Shown: one piece after another, positions 53,655-61,729 of the stretch | Numbering within the stretch: position 1 is the first letter of the stretch | Layout: each line of letters starts with the position of its first letter | Assembly (NCBI GenBank): GCA_022822725.1 | Contig: JAJEAN010000006.1 | Coordinates: forward strand, 105,850-169,849 | DNA from: Candidatus Latescibacterota bacterium | GTDB lineage: Bacteria > JAAXHH01 | Reading direction: 5' to 3' | Length of the DNA stretch: 64,000 nt | Notes under the pieces: model-generated | What the model was told of the DNA's origin: nothing | The model's input: only the letters and a program-made list of their open reading frames with translations | Database searches by the model: none | Position numbers and translations under genes: made by a program

Positions 53655-53738
53655 CGCAGGCCTGCCCACCGCCGGCAAGATAATACGGGCCGCCCGCTCT
53701 TTGGCAGATGACGCGGCCGCCCGGCGCCGGGAATCGTC

Positions 53739-54878
53739 ATGAAAATCGCATCCGTCGAACAGTTCTTCCCCCGCCACCGGACCCGCCTCGTCAGGATCAC
53801 CACGGACACGGGACTTGACGGCTGGGGAGAGTCCACCCTCGAAGGGAAACCCGAAAGCGTGGAAGGCGCGGTGCGTGAGCTCGCCGCCTATCTCCTCGGC
53901 AAGGACCCGCTGCGCATCGAGCATCACTGGCAGCACATGTACCGCTCGGCCTTCTTCCGCGGCGGCGCCATCCTCATGACCGCCCTGTCCGCCCTGGACC
54001 AGGCGCTCTGGGACATCGCCGGCAAGCACTACGGCGTCCCCGTATACAAGCTGCTCGGCGGCGCGGTGCGGGACCGCATCCGCGTCTACGCCCACTGGGG
54101 CATCGGCAACCTGTCCGAGGAAACCCAGGCCGCGGCCCGGAAACGGCTGGACATGCTGCTGGAAAGCGGGTATACGGCCTTCAAGGCCGGCCCCGGCGGC
54201 AAGTGGCGGGGCCATGAGCCGCCGGCCGTCATCGACGAGTTCGTCGAATGCGCCTATCTCATGCGGGAATGGGTGGGACCGGACGTGGAACTCGCCTTCG
54301 ATTTTCACGGGAAGATGACCCCCGCCCTGGCCATCGAAATCTGCCACGAGATCAAGGACATGCGGCCCATGTTCGTGGAGGAGCCGGTGCCGCAGGAGAA
54401 CGTGGACGCCCTCAAGCTCGTTTCAGACCACGTAACCTTCCCTATCGCCACGGGCGAGCGACTGCTGAGCCGCTGGGAGTTCCGCCAGGTCTTAGAGAAA
54501 CAGGCCGCGGCCTACATCCAGCCGGATGGTTCCCACGCCGGCGGCATCACCGAACTGAAGAAGATCGCCAACATGGCCGAGGTCTATTACGTCCATGTGC
54601 TTCCACACTGCGCCATCGGGCCAGTGGCCTTCACGTCCTGCATGCACGTGGACGCCGTGATCCCGAACTTTCTCGCCCAGGAGCAGGTGGACTGGGCACT
54701 CGGCGGGGACATCCTGAAGGAAAACTGGAAGGTCGTCGACGGCCATATCGAACTGCCCGAAAAGCCCGGCCTGGGGATCGAGATCGACGAGCAGGCGATC
54801 AGCGAACGGGCGCCTTACCGGGAGGAACTGGGCGGCGAGCATTTCTACGACACCGACGGCAGCGTGGCGGACTGGTAG
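53739..54878 (+). CDS. Enolase-superfamily sugar-acid dehydratase (D-galactonate dehydratase DgoD-like)
   Basis: MKIASVEQFF...LVRITTDTGLDGWGE...ALSALDQALWDIAGKHYGVPVYKLLGG, and metal ligands in FDFHG ... VEEP ... GER. Confidence 0.85.
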   Translation: MKIASVEQFFPRHRTRLVRITTDTGLDGWGESTLEGKPESVEGAVRELAAYLLGKDPLRIEHHWQHMYRSAFFRGGAILMTALSALDQALWDIAGKHYGVPVYKLLGGAVRDRIRVYAHWGIGNLSEETQAAARKRLDMLLESGYTAFKAGPGGKWRGHEPPAVIDEFVECAYLMREWVGPDVELAFDFHGKMTPALAIEICHEIKDMRPMFVEEPVPQENVDALKLVSDHVTFPIATGERLLSRWEFRQVLEKQAAAYIQPDGSHAGGITELKKIANMAEVYYVHVLPHCAIGPVAFTSCMHVDAVIPNFLAQEQVDWALGGDILKENWKVVDGHIELPEKPGLGIEIDEQAISERAPYREELGGEHFYDTDGSVADW

Positions 54879-54926
54879 AACGGGGCGGACCGGGCGGACG
54901 GTTCACCGGGGGAAAAGGGTATCGAA

Positions 54927-56606
54927 ATGAAGCGACACGGATTACCGGCCTGGATGACCTTTATCCTGCTCGCATTGGCCGCGGGATGCGCGTACTCCAA
55001 CGAGCCGGCCACGCTGGATGAGCCGGCCACGCTGATCGTCCGGGCCGCCCGCGTCTGGACCGGGCAGTCCGACCTGCCCTGGGCCGATGCCGTGGCCGTA
55101 TCGGGAGACCGCATCCTGGCGGTGGGTTCGAACGACGAGATAGACGCGCTGACCGGCGACGGGACACGGGTCATCGACGGCGGCGGGCGTTTCGTGACCC
55201 CCGGGTTCATCGACACCCACGTGCACTTCATATCGGGCGGCTTCAACCTCTCGTCCGTCCAGTTGCGTGACGCGCCTACGCCGCAGGTGTTCATCGACCG
55301 CATCGCCGAATTCGCCCGGAACCTGGAACCCGGTGTCTGGATCCTCGGCGGCGACTGGGATCACGAGCAATGGGGCGGCGAGCTTCCCCGGCGGGACTGG
55401 ATCGATTCGGTGACGACAGACAATCCGGTGTGGGTCAACCGGCTCGACGGGCACATGGCCCTGGCGAACACGGCCGCGCTCACCGCCGCAGGCGTGACGA
55501 AGGATACGGAGGAGGTCGACGGCGGCACCATCGAACGGCATGAAGACGGCGAACCCGCGGGTATCCTGAAAGACAACGCCATGTACCTCGTCGACCGGGT
55601 CATTCCCGACGCGCCCGACGCCTTGAAGGACCGCGCCCTGGATTCGGCGATGGAATACGTGGCGGCCCAGGGCGTCACGTCGGTCCACGACATGGGTTCG
55701 TGGGGCAACCTGGAGGTCTTTGAACGGGCCCGCGCCGAGGACCGGTTGAAGACCCGCATTTACGCCGCCGTACCGCTTTGGGACTGGCAGACGCTCGAAG
55801 CGCGGGTCGACTCGACCGGCCGGGGTGACGAGTGGGTCCGCATCGGCGGCCTGAAGGGCTTTGTGGACGGTTCGCTGGGATCGCACACGGCCGCCTTCAT
55901 GGAACCCTTTACCGACGCGCCGGACGACCGGGGCCTGTTCATAAGTACGAAAGAAGAACTGTACGCCTGGACATCCGGAGCCGACCGGGCCGGCCTTCAC
56001 GTGATGGTCCACGCCATCGGCGACTGGGCCATCCGGATTCAGCTCGACATGTTCGAGCGTATCGCGGAAGAGAACGGCCCCCGGGACCGCCGCTTTCGCA
56101 TCGAGCACGCACAGCACATCGACCCGGCCGACATTGCACGGTTCGCCGCCCTGGACGTGATCCCCAGCATGCAGCCCTACCACGCCATCGATGACGGCAG
56201 GTGGGCGGTAAGGGTCATCGGTCCCGAGCGGATCAAGACGACCTACGCCTTTCGGTCGCTGCTGGATTCCGGCGCACGCCTCGCCCTGGGCAGCGACTGG
56301 TCTGTGGCGCCCGCGACGCCGGTCGAGGGTATCTACGCCGCGGTCACGCGTCGCACACTGGACGATCTGAATCCGGACGGATGGGTGCCCGAACAGAAGA
56401 TCACCGTCGAGGAAGCCCTTCGGGGATACACGCTGGACGCGGCCTACGCCTCCTACGAGGAGGACATCAAGGGTTCACTGGAACCCGGCAAGCTCGCGGA
56501 CTTCGTAATCCTGGACCGGGACCTGACCGCCATCCCTCCGGAAGAAATCAGGGACGCGAACGTAGACCTGACGGTCGTAGGCGGAAAAATCGTCTATGAA
56601 CGGTGA
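54927..56606 (+). CDS. Amidohydrolase-3 family lipoprotein (YtcJ-like metal-dependent hydrolase)
   Basis: Lipobox LALAAGC, FIDTHVHF, HAIGD, IEHAQH and GSDW motifs. Confidence 0.8.
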   Translation: MKRHGLPAWMTFILLALAAGCAYSNEPATLDEPATLIVRAARVWTGQSDLPWADAVAVSGDRILAVGSNDEIDALTGDGTRVIDGGGRFVTPGFIDTHVHFISGGFNLSSVQLRDAPTPQVFIDRIAEFARNLEPGVWILGGDWDHEQWGGELPRRDWIDSVTTDNPVWVNRLDGHMALANTAALTAAGVTKDTEEVDGGTIERHEDGEPAGILKDNAMYLVDRVIPDAPDALKDRALDSAMEYVAAQGVTSVHDMGSWGNLEVFERARAEDRLKTRIYAAVPLWDWQTLEARVDSTGRGDEWVRIGGLKGFVDGSLGSHTAAFMEPFTDAPDDRGLFISTKEELYAWTSGADRAGLHVMVHAIGDWAIRIQLDMFERIAEENGPRDRRFRIEHAQHIDPADIARFAALDVIPSMQPYHAIDDGRWAVRVIGPERIKTTYAFRSLLDSGARLALGSDWSVAPATPVEGIYAAVTRRTLDDLNPDGWVPEQKITVEEALRGYTLDAAYASYEEDIKGSLEPGKLADFVILDRDLTAIPPEEIRDANVDLTVVGGKIVYER

Positions 56607-57387
56607 CGGCGTCGGGTATACCAGGAAGTGGCTGGCGGCGCCTACCGGACCGTTCGGGGAGCGGCAGCCCGCGGAAGGCGAGATTCACGTCTGGCGGGCC
56701 GACCTCGATCTGCCACGGGACCGGGTCGGGAAGCTGGAGCGATTCCTGTCGGCCGACGAACTCGGACGGGCGAAGCGGTTCCTCGTGCGCAGCGCGCGGG
56801 ATCGATACACGGTTGCACGGGCCGTCCTTCGCAACCTCCTTTCCCGTTACGTATCCGCCGCACCCGCCGACCTGCGCTTCCACTATACCGAATACGGCAA
56901 ACCGGAACTCGCCCATCCGGCAACTTCCATCCGGTTCAACGTGTCCCATTCCCACGGCCTGGCCGTTTACGCGGTCTCGGCGGACGTACCGGTGGGGATC
57001 GACGTGGAGTACCTGCATCGCCGCGCGACCATGGATCGGCTGAAGGTCGCCCACCGCGTTTTTTCCGACCGGGAATACAACGAACTGGCATCCATGCCGA
57101 GTTACCGGCGCGACAAGGCGTTCCTGGCCTGCTGGACGCGGAAAGAGGCCTTCGTCAAGGCCATCGGCCAGGGCCTGACCTGCCCCCTCGACCAGTTCGA
57201 CGTCACCGTCGAGCCGTCTGATCCGCCCGAATTGCGGGCCACGCAATGGGACCCCCTGGAAGCTGACCGCTGGTCCATGGCTTCCATCGATCCTGGACCG
57301 GACTACATCGGGGCGCTGGCCGTGCCGGACCTGAACCTGAAGATCACCCGGTGGCAATGGGACCACGACCAGGTCGACGTGAACTGA
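56596..57387 (+). CDS. Sfp-type 4'-phosphopantetheinyl transferase
   Basis: IHVWRADL, FNVSHSHGLAVYAV, GIDVEY and WTRKEAFVKAIGQGL. The start overlaps the upstream gene by 11 nt. Confidence 0.85.
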   Translation: MNGDGVGYTRKWLAAPTGPFGERQPAEGEIHVWRADLDLPRDRVGKLERFLSADELGRAKRFLVRSARDRYTVARAVLRNLLSRYVSAAPADLRFHYTEYGKPELAHPATSIRFNVSHSHGLAVYAVSADVPVGIDVEYLHRRATMDRLKVAHRVFSDREYNELASMPSYRRDKAFLACWTRKEAFVKAIGQGLTCPLDQFDVTVEPSDPPELRATQWDPLEADRWSMASIDPGPDYIGALAVPDLNLKITRWQWDHDQVDVN

Positions 57388-57427
57388 TACGGCCTGCGAA
57401 GTCCCGCCCGGGACATCCCCGCGAGGA

Positions 57428-58318
57428 GTGCTCGTGTCCGAAAAATTCTGCCCGCTGAACCTGACCCCCGAGGAACTCATCGAATACACGCCGGACTGGG
57501 ACGGCGAACGCTTTCCCGACGGCCGGCCGAAGGTGCCGGACGGGATCATCGAGCGAATGAGTAACGTATCCATCACCCAGGCCTGGGGCGTGATGCGCGG
57601 CGCGGGCTACGAACACCAGTACGAGGGCGGATGGGCGCAGACTCATCCCGGCAAGACCCTCGCGGGCCGGGCGGTGACGGCCATGTACATGCCCCGGCGT
57701 CCGGCCATGCGCACGGTCATGGAAGCCAAGGGCGCGGCCCACGGCTGCATCGGCGACCAGATTTCCTGGCCCATCGACATGCTGGTGTCGGGCGACGTCT
57801 ACGTGGCGGATACCTACGGCAAGGTAGACGAAGGGCCTATCATCGGCGACAACCTGGCCACGGCCATCTACGCAAATTCCGGAAACGGGGTGGTCTTCGA
57901 CGGATCGGTCCGCGACCTGGAAGGCATCGAGGAACTGGAGGATTTCGCCTGCTTTGTCCGGGGCTGGCACCCCTCCTACGCCTCGCCGACCATCATGCTC
58001 CTGGGCGTCAACACCGCGGTGCGCATCGGACAGGCCACGGTCATGCCGGGCGACGTGGTCCTGGGCAAGCGCGAAGGCGTCGTCTTCATCCCGCCCCACC
58101 TGGCGGAGACGGTGGTGAAGACCTCGGAACTCGTCCAACTGAGGGACATGTTCGGCAAGCAGCGGCTGCGGGAAGGCAAGTACACGCCCGGCCAGATCGA
58201 CGACCGGTGGACGGACGAGATGGAGGCGGACTTCTCGGAATGGCTGGAAGGCCGCATGGACGAGTTGCCCGTCCCGAAGGAGGCCATCCAGGAACTGCTG
58301 AAAGAGCGGACGTGGTAA
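57428..58318 (+). CDS. RraA-like / HMG-CHA aldolase-family protein
   Basis: GDVYVADTYGKVDEGPIIGDNLATAIYANSGNGVVFDGSVRDLEGI matches the RraA/dimethylmenaquinone-methyltransferase-fold core. GTG start; a second GTG at 57434 is better spaced from GAGGAG. Confidence 0.75.
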   Translation: MLVSEKFCPLNLTPEELIEYTPDWDGERFPDGRPKVPDGIIERMSNVSITQAWGVMRGAGYEHQYEGGWAQTHPGKTLAGRAVTAMYMPRRPAMRTVMEAKGAAHGCIGDQISWPIDMLVSGDVYVADTYGKVDEGPIIGDNLATAIYANSGNGVVFDGSVRDLEGIEELEDFACFVRGWHPSYASPTIMLLGVNTAVRIGQATVMPGDVVLGKREGVVFIPPHLAETVVKTSELVQLRDMFGKQRLREGKYTPGQIDDRWTDEMEADFSEWLEGRMDELPVPKEAIQELLKERTW

Positions 58319-58320
58319 GG

Positions 58321-58368
58321 GAGGGGTTTCAGGCGCGAGGGGTTTCAGGCACGAGGGGCTTCAGGCGC
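58321..58368. repeat. 3 x 16-bp tandem repeat directly after the RraA-like stop, at the left edge of the lower-GC patch
   Basis: gaggggtttcaggcgc / gaggggtttcaggcac / gaggggcttcaggcgc. Confidence 0.95.
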
Positions 58369-58388
58369 TGACTTTCGGCCTGCGCTCG

Positions 58389-58420
58389 AACGCGAATTCT
58401 ATGATGTTCGCGTTTTCTAC
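58389..58420 (+). terminator. Hairpin terminator candidate between the convergent RraA-like and DUF4276 genes
   Basis: AACGCGAA-10 nt-TTCGCGTT followed by TTCTAC, a weak U-tract. Confidence 0.45.
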
Positions 58421-58437
58421 AGCGTGTTCAATACAGG

Positions 58438-59127
58438 TCAGGGTGTCGCGGAGGAACCAAGATTCTCGAGCCGTTCAAGCCATCGGTGAAAGTGAGGGCA
58501 TTCGGAACGGATCTTTTCCAAACCGATGCGTTCCGCCATCTGGGGACCAACCGTTGCCTTCGAGTATTCCGGAAACTGCGCAATGACACGCTTCGACGGC
58601 GCCGTATGCGGTCCGTCGTCGATCAGTTCCGGCGACTGCGATTCATCGGCAACTCGTTGCAACGCGGTGATTTTGGAATCCGCCTTTTCAAAGAAGAAAG
58701 CGAACTGGGAGACATCGGTAAACAAGTAAGCTTCGAATTCGTGCAATTGAATGAACGGGATAAAACGATGATCATCCGTCTCGTCGTACCACTCTCGTTC
58801 AATGGACTCCACCCGTTTATAGGGGAGATTGCGTAGTCTCGCAGCTTGCCTTGCACCGGGAAACTCCGCAGGCAAGGCGTAAAGATCGATCATCGTGGTG
58901 AAGTACACGTCGCCGATCGAATCCTGTCTGAGAAAGCGAATGATGTCGATCTGCATCGCATCGAAGTTCCTTCCACCCCCTCGATGCACTCTCCTCCTTC
59001 TTCTGGCATGGGCGATCAAAGCAGGTCGATGCATGTACACGCCAAAGGCAGCCAGATGCGGCTTCAGGACCGTATCGGCAAACGTCTGCTCCGTCGTTCC
59101 TTCGGCGAAAAGGTACAAACGCGCCAT
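58438..59127 (-). CDS. DUF4276 family protein (Toprim-like N-terminus), partner of the upstream ATPase
   Basis: MARLYLFAEGTTEQTF..., acidic MIDLYA and HEFEAYLF, and C-terminal CPHFHRWLERL typical of DUF4276. The ATG at 59127 overlaps the ATPase stop (TGATG). Confidence 0.8.
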   Translation of the reverse strand: MARLYLFAEGTTEQTFADTVLKPHLAAFGVYMHRPALIAHARRRRRVHRGGGRNFDAMQIDIIRFLRQDSIGDVYFTTMIDLYALPAEFPGARQAARLRNLPYKRVESIEREWYDETDDHRFIPFIQLHEFEAYLFTDVSQFAFFFEKADSKITALQRVADESQSPELIDDGPHTAPSKRVIAQFPEYSKATVGPQMAERIGLEKIRSECPHFHRWLERLENLGSSATP

Positions 59128-60239
59128 CAGTGCGGACTCCCGCCGATGACGTTCTTCTCCCAGATTTCCCCGAGTGAGTAGTCCTCCAGCCATGCGTCGA
59201 GCTTGTCGACAGACAGCCTGTCGAACCCAGTCGCTCCTTCGTTCAGCTCGACGACTGCCACGTCCTCCGGCTCGAAGGTGTCGAGAAAAGCACTGGACTG
59301 CGTACCGACGAGCACCTGGGTATGAGCGCTCACGGCGCGAAACAGGGAGGCGATCACGTTGAGCGCGTAGGGATGCAATCCGAGTTCCGGCTCATCCACC
59401 ACGATGAGGTAGGGGAGTTGCTCCCTGGGCTGCAACAGCAGTGAGATCAGGCAGATGGCCCGCAACGTGCCGTCCGAGAGTTGATGGGGACCGAAAACGA
59501 GATCGGACTCGACATGCCGCCAATTGAGAATGATATCTTTTGCATCGGTCGGTTCCAGGTCGAAGTCTTTGAAGAACGGGGCTACTTGCCGAACGGTATC
59601 GACGATCCGGCGATACACCGATTCCTGACTGGACTTCAGTTCATACAGTACGGCCGCCAGATTTGACGCGTCGGGCATTATCCATCGAGTGTCGCCGATG
59701 TAGCAATACTTCCGGATTCCTGAAGTCGACGATGTATCGTGGAAGTGATAGACGCGGCAGCGATTCAGCAAATGCCTCAGCGCTTTAGCGGTAGGTTCAT
59801 CTTTCACAGCTTCATCCCCGATCCGCGTTTCCTGATGGCCCACCCCGAGTGATACGAACCTTGATTCAGGACGATTCGTTTCATGGAAGGAAAGCGTCTC
59901 TTCTACGAAGATCAGTGAATCTCCAGCTGCATGAGCTAGTTTCATGCGGTAGACGTCCGAACCATTCGCCACCTCAAACGTCATTTCCGCCTCCAGTGAT
60001 TCGGTCTTTTTTGGACCGAAATGCAGATTGGCCGTGGCTCGGCCGGTCACCCCTATGTGTTTCTGAAGACGCCCGCCCATCAACTCGTTCACCAGCTTGA
60101 AGAAGGCAATGAGGTTACTCTTGCCCGCTCCGTTGGCGCCGATCAGGACATTGAGCGGCCGAAGTTCCAGCGTGGCCTCTCTGATGGATCGGAAGCCCTT
60201 CAAACTGACTTTCTTCAATTTGGGTTTGAGTTCAGACAT
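59127..60239 (-). CDS. ABC/SMC-like ATPase (AAA_15/AAA_21-type), partner of DUF4276
   Basis: SLKGFRSI...LNVLIGANGAGKSN (Walker A), a long insert, LSDGTLRAICLISLL (signature-like), Walker B YLIVVDEPELGLHP, and a distal QS/H region. Confidence 0.85.
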   Translation of the reverse strand: MSELKPKLKKVSLKGFRSIREATLELRPLNVLIGANGAGKSNLIAFFKLVNELMGGRLQKHIGVTGRATANLHFGPKKTESLEAEMTFEVANGSDVYRMKLAHAAGDSLIFVEETLSFHETNRPESRFVSLGVGHQETRIGDEAVKDEPTAKALRHLLNRCRVYHFHDTSSTSGIRKYCYIGDTRWIMPDASNLAAVLYELKSSQESVYRRIVDTVRQVAPFFKDFDLEPTDAKDIILNWRHVESDLVFGPHQLSDGTLRAICLISLLLQPREQLPYLIVVDEPELGLHPYALNVIASLFRAVSAHTQVLVGTQSSAFLDTFEPEDVAVVELNEGATGFDRLSVDKLDAWLEDYSLGEIWEKNVIGGSPH

Positions 60240-60346
60240 TTTAATTCTCGCACCGTTTGTCCGGCAGGAGGACTTGCGAACCCAGCACCGTAAAGCAGCG
60301 CATCGGGGACGGTCTATATCGTGGAAGCGCTTTGTTTCGGCTATGC

Positions 60347-60375
60347 AATATAGGTAGCTTCTCTCTTATCGTCAA
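60347..60375 (-). promoter_or_regulatory. Near-consensus sigma70-type promoter of the ATPase-DUF4276 cassette
   Basis: Minus strand TTGACG-17 nt-TATATT, about 105 nt upstream of the ATPase ATG. Confidence 0.6.
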
Positions 60376-60399
60376 CGTGCGTACGAGCCTTAAGCCCGG

Positions 60400-61653
60400 T
60401 CACGCGCCAAGCGCCCAGCCCACGGGCAGTGCCGTGATATCCTCGCCCAGATCCTTGATGTGAGGATCGTTGGATAGTACCAGCGATCCCAGAATCGGCT
60501 TATCCAGAATGGTATCCAGACGGCGAAGATGACGGGCATCCGCCGACGAGACTCTTTCCGTCATTTTGATCTCGACCGGAAGAAAACCCCGTTCCGTTTC
60601 GATCAGCAGATCGACTTCGCGACCGTCGACGGTGCGGAGATGATAGCAGTCCACCGGAAGCCTGCTGTTCTTGATCTGCTTGTGGATTTCGACGACGATG
60701 GCGCTTTCGAATTCCGGGCCCGTCGGCCTACCGCGCCGGTTGAGCAACACCCGCTGGATTCCGGGATCGAGCAAATGGATTTTCGGGGACTTGGAAAGTC
60801 GCTTGCTTCGATTGCGAAACCAGGGCTGCAACAGGTTGACCTGGTAGCTCAACTCGAGGTAGGATACGAATCGATTGGCGGTTCTCGCCGTTACGCCCGC
60901 CAGCCGGGCGAGTTCATTTATGTTGAGCAGACCGCCCGTCAATCCCGCGATCGCCCGAAGCAGGCGGACAAAGGGCACGAGTTCGCGCAGATTGGCGAGA
61001 TCTCGCAGATCGCGTTGAAGGTAGGTACGAACATAATTGTCCAGCCAATCGTACCTGTCCTCGTCCGATAATCCAGGATCCATGATCGCCGGCATCGCGC
61101 CGAATTCCAGGTAGTGTGCCAGGTGACGCGCCGACTTCGCGTAACCGTCTTCCTGCAGAGGCACGCCGTCATGCAGGATTTCCCGTACTCCAGTCGCAAG
61201 AAACCGTATGAGCCGGGATTCTATGACCGGATCCTCCCACGAATCCGTCAGCATTTCCGGCAGGGTCAGTGGATAGAGCTCGACAAGAGAAACCCGCCCC
61301 GCCAGGGATTCCCGGATCTGGTCCATCTGCAGGATCTGGCTGGAACCCAGCAGCATGCTCCGGGCATCGGGATACCTGTCGTAGACCGCCTTGATCGATT
61401 CGATGATCAAGGGCGCCTTCTGTACTTCGTCAAGAATGGATCTGGGATACTGCTGATACCACTGCGGTGCAGATAGGGCGACGAAGTCCGGCCTCGTCAC
61501 CGGATCTTCAAGGGAGAGGTAGGTATAGTCGGGAAATCCCCTTCGCACCAGCGTAGTCTTGCCGGTCTGACGGGCTCCCGTCAGGGCGATCAGGCGCCCG
61601 GTTTCTTTTGTGGATTTCTGCCGAATGTAGTTGAAAAGCGTTCGATTTTTCAC
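60400..61653 (-). CDS. AAA+ ATPase with C-terminal DUF4143 domain (AAA_14 type)
   Basis: Walker A LTGARQTGKTT, Walker B-like SILDEVQ, and a C-terminal DUF4143-like region (EVDLLIE...PVEIK). GTG start. Confidence 0.8.
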   Translation of the reverse strand: MKNRTLFNYIRQKSTKETGRLIALTGARQTGKTTLVRRGFPDYTYLSLEDPVTRPDFVALSAPQWYQQYPRSILDEVQKAPLIIESIKAVYDRYPDARSMLLGSSQILQMDQIRESLAGRVSLVELYPLTLPEMLTDSWEDPVIESRLIRFLATGVREILHDGVPLQEDGYAKSARHLAHYLEFGAMPAIMDPGLSDEDRYDWLDNYVRTYLQRDLRDLANLRELVPFVRLLRAIAGLTGGLLNINELARLAGVTARTANRFVSYLELSYQVNLLQPWFRNRSKRLSKSPKIHLLDPGIQRVLLNRRGRPTGPEFESAIVVEIHKQIKNSRLPVDCYHLRTVDGREVDLLIETERGFLPVEIKMTERVSSADARHLRRLDTILDKPILGSLVLSNDPHIKDLGEDITALPVGWALGA

Positions 61654-61729
61654 TGAAACCCCATTTTGGCGTTATTTTGTTACCCATGAGCATTAATTTA
61701 CGCCTAAATGAGGACCAAGCAACTGTTTT

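Noticed and set aside
52884-54347. Long ORFs antisense to or overlapping well-supported genes: 52884-54347(-), 8618-9784(+), 28789-30756(+), 31936-33696(+), 44850-46229(+), 50264-52177(+), 54942-56183(-), 12497-13771(+), 19497-20762(+).
   Set aside because: These are typical high-GC shadow ORFs. Their translations are Arg/Gly/Pro/His-rich with no recognisable motifs, and each lies opposite a gene with clear family signatures.
58370-61729. The lower-GC patch as a bona fide mobile element (genomic island, prophage remnant or IS).
   Set aside because: I could see no integrase, transposase, tRNA target, terminal inverted repeats or flanking direct repeats. It is reported only as a compositional anomaly.
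61654-61729. A promoter for the AAA/DUF4143 ATPase (TTGCTT-16-TAAATT on the minus strand).
   Set aside because: Only 4 of 6 positions match in each hexamer, and the sequence lies in a generally AT-rich spacer. This is too weak to list as a feature.
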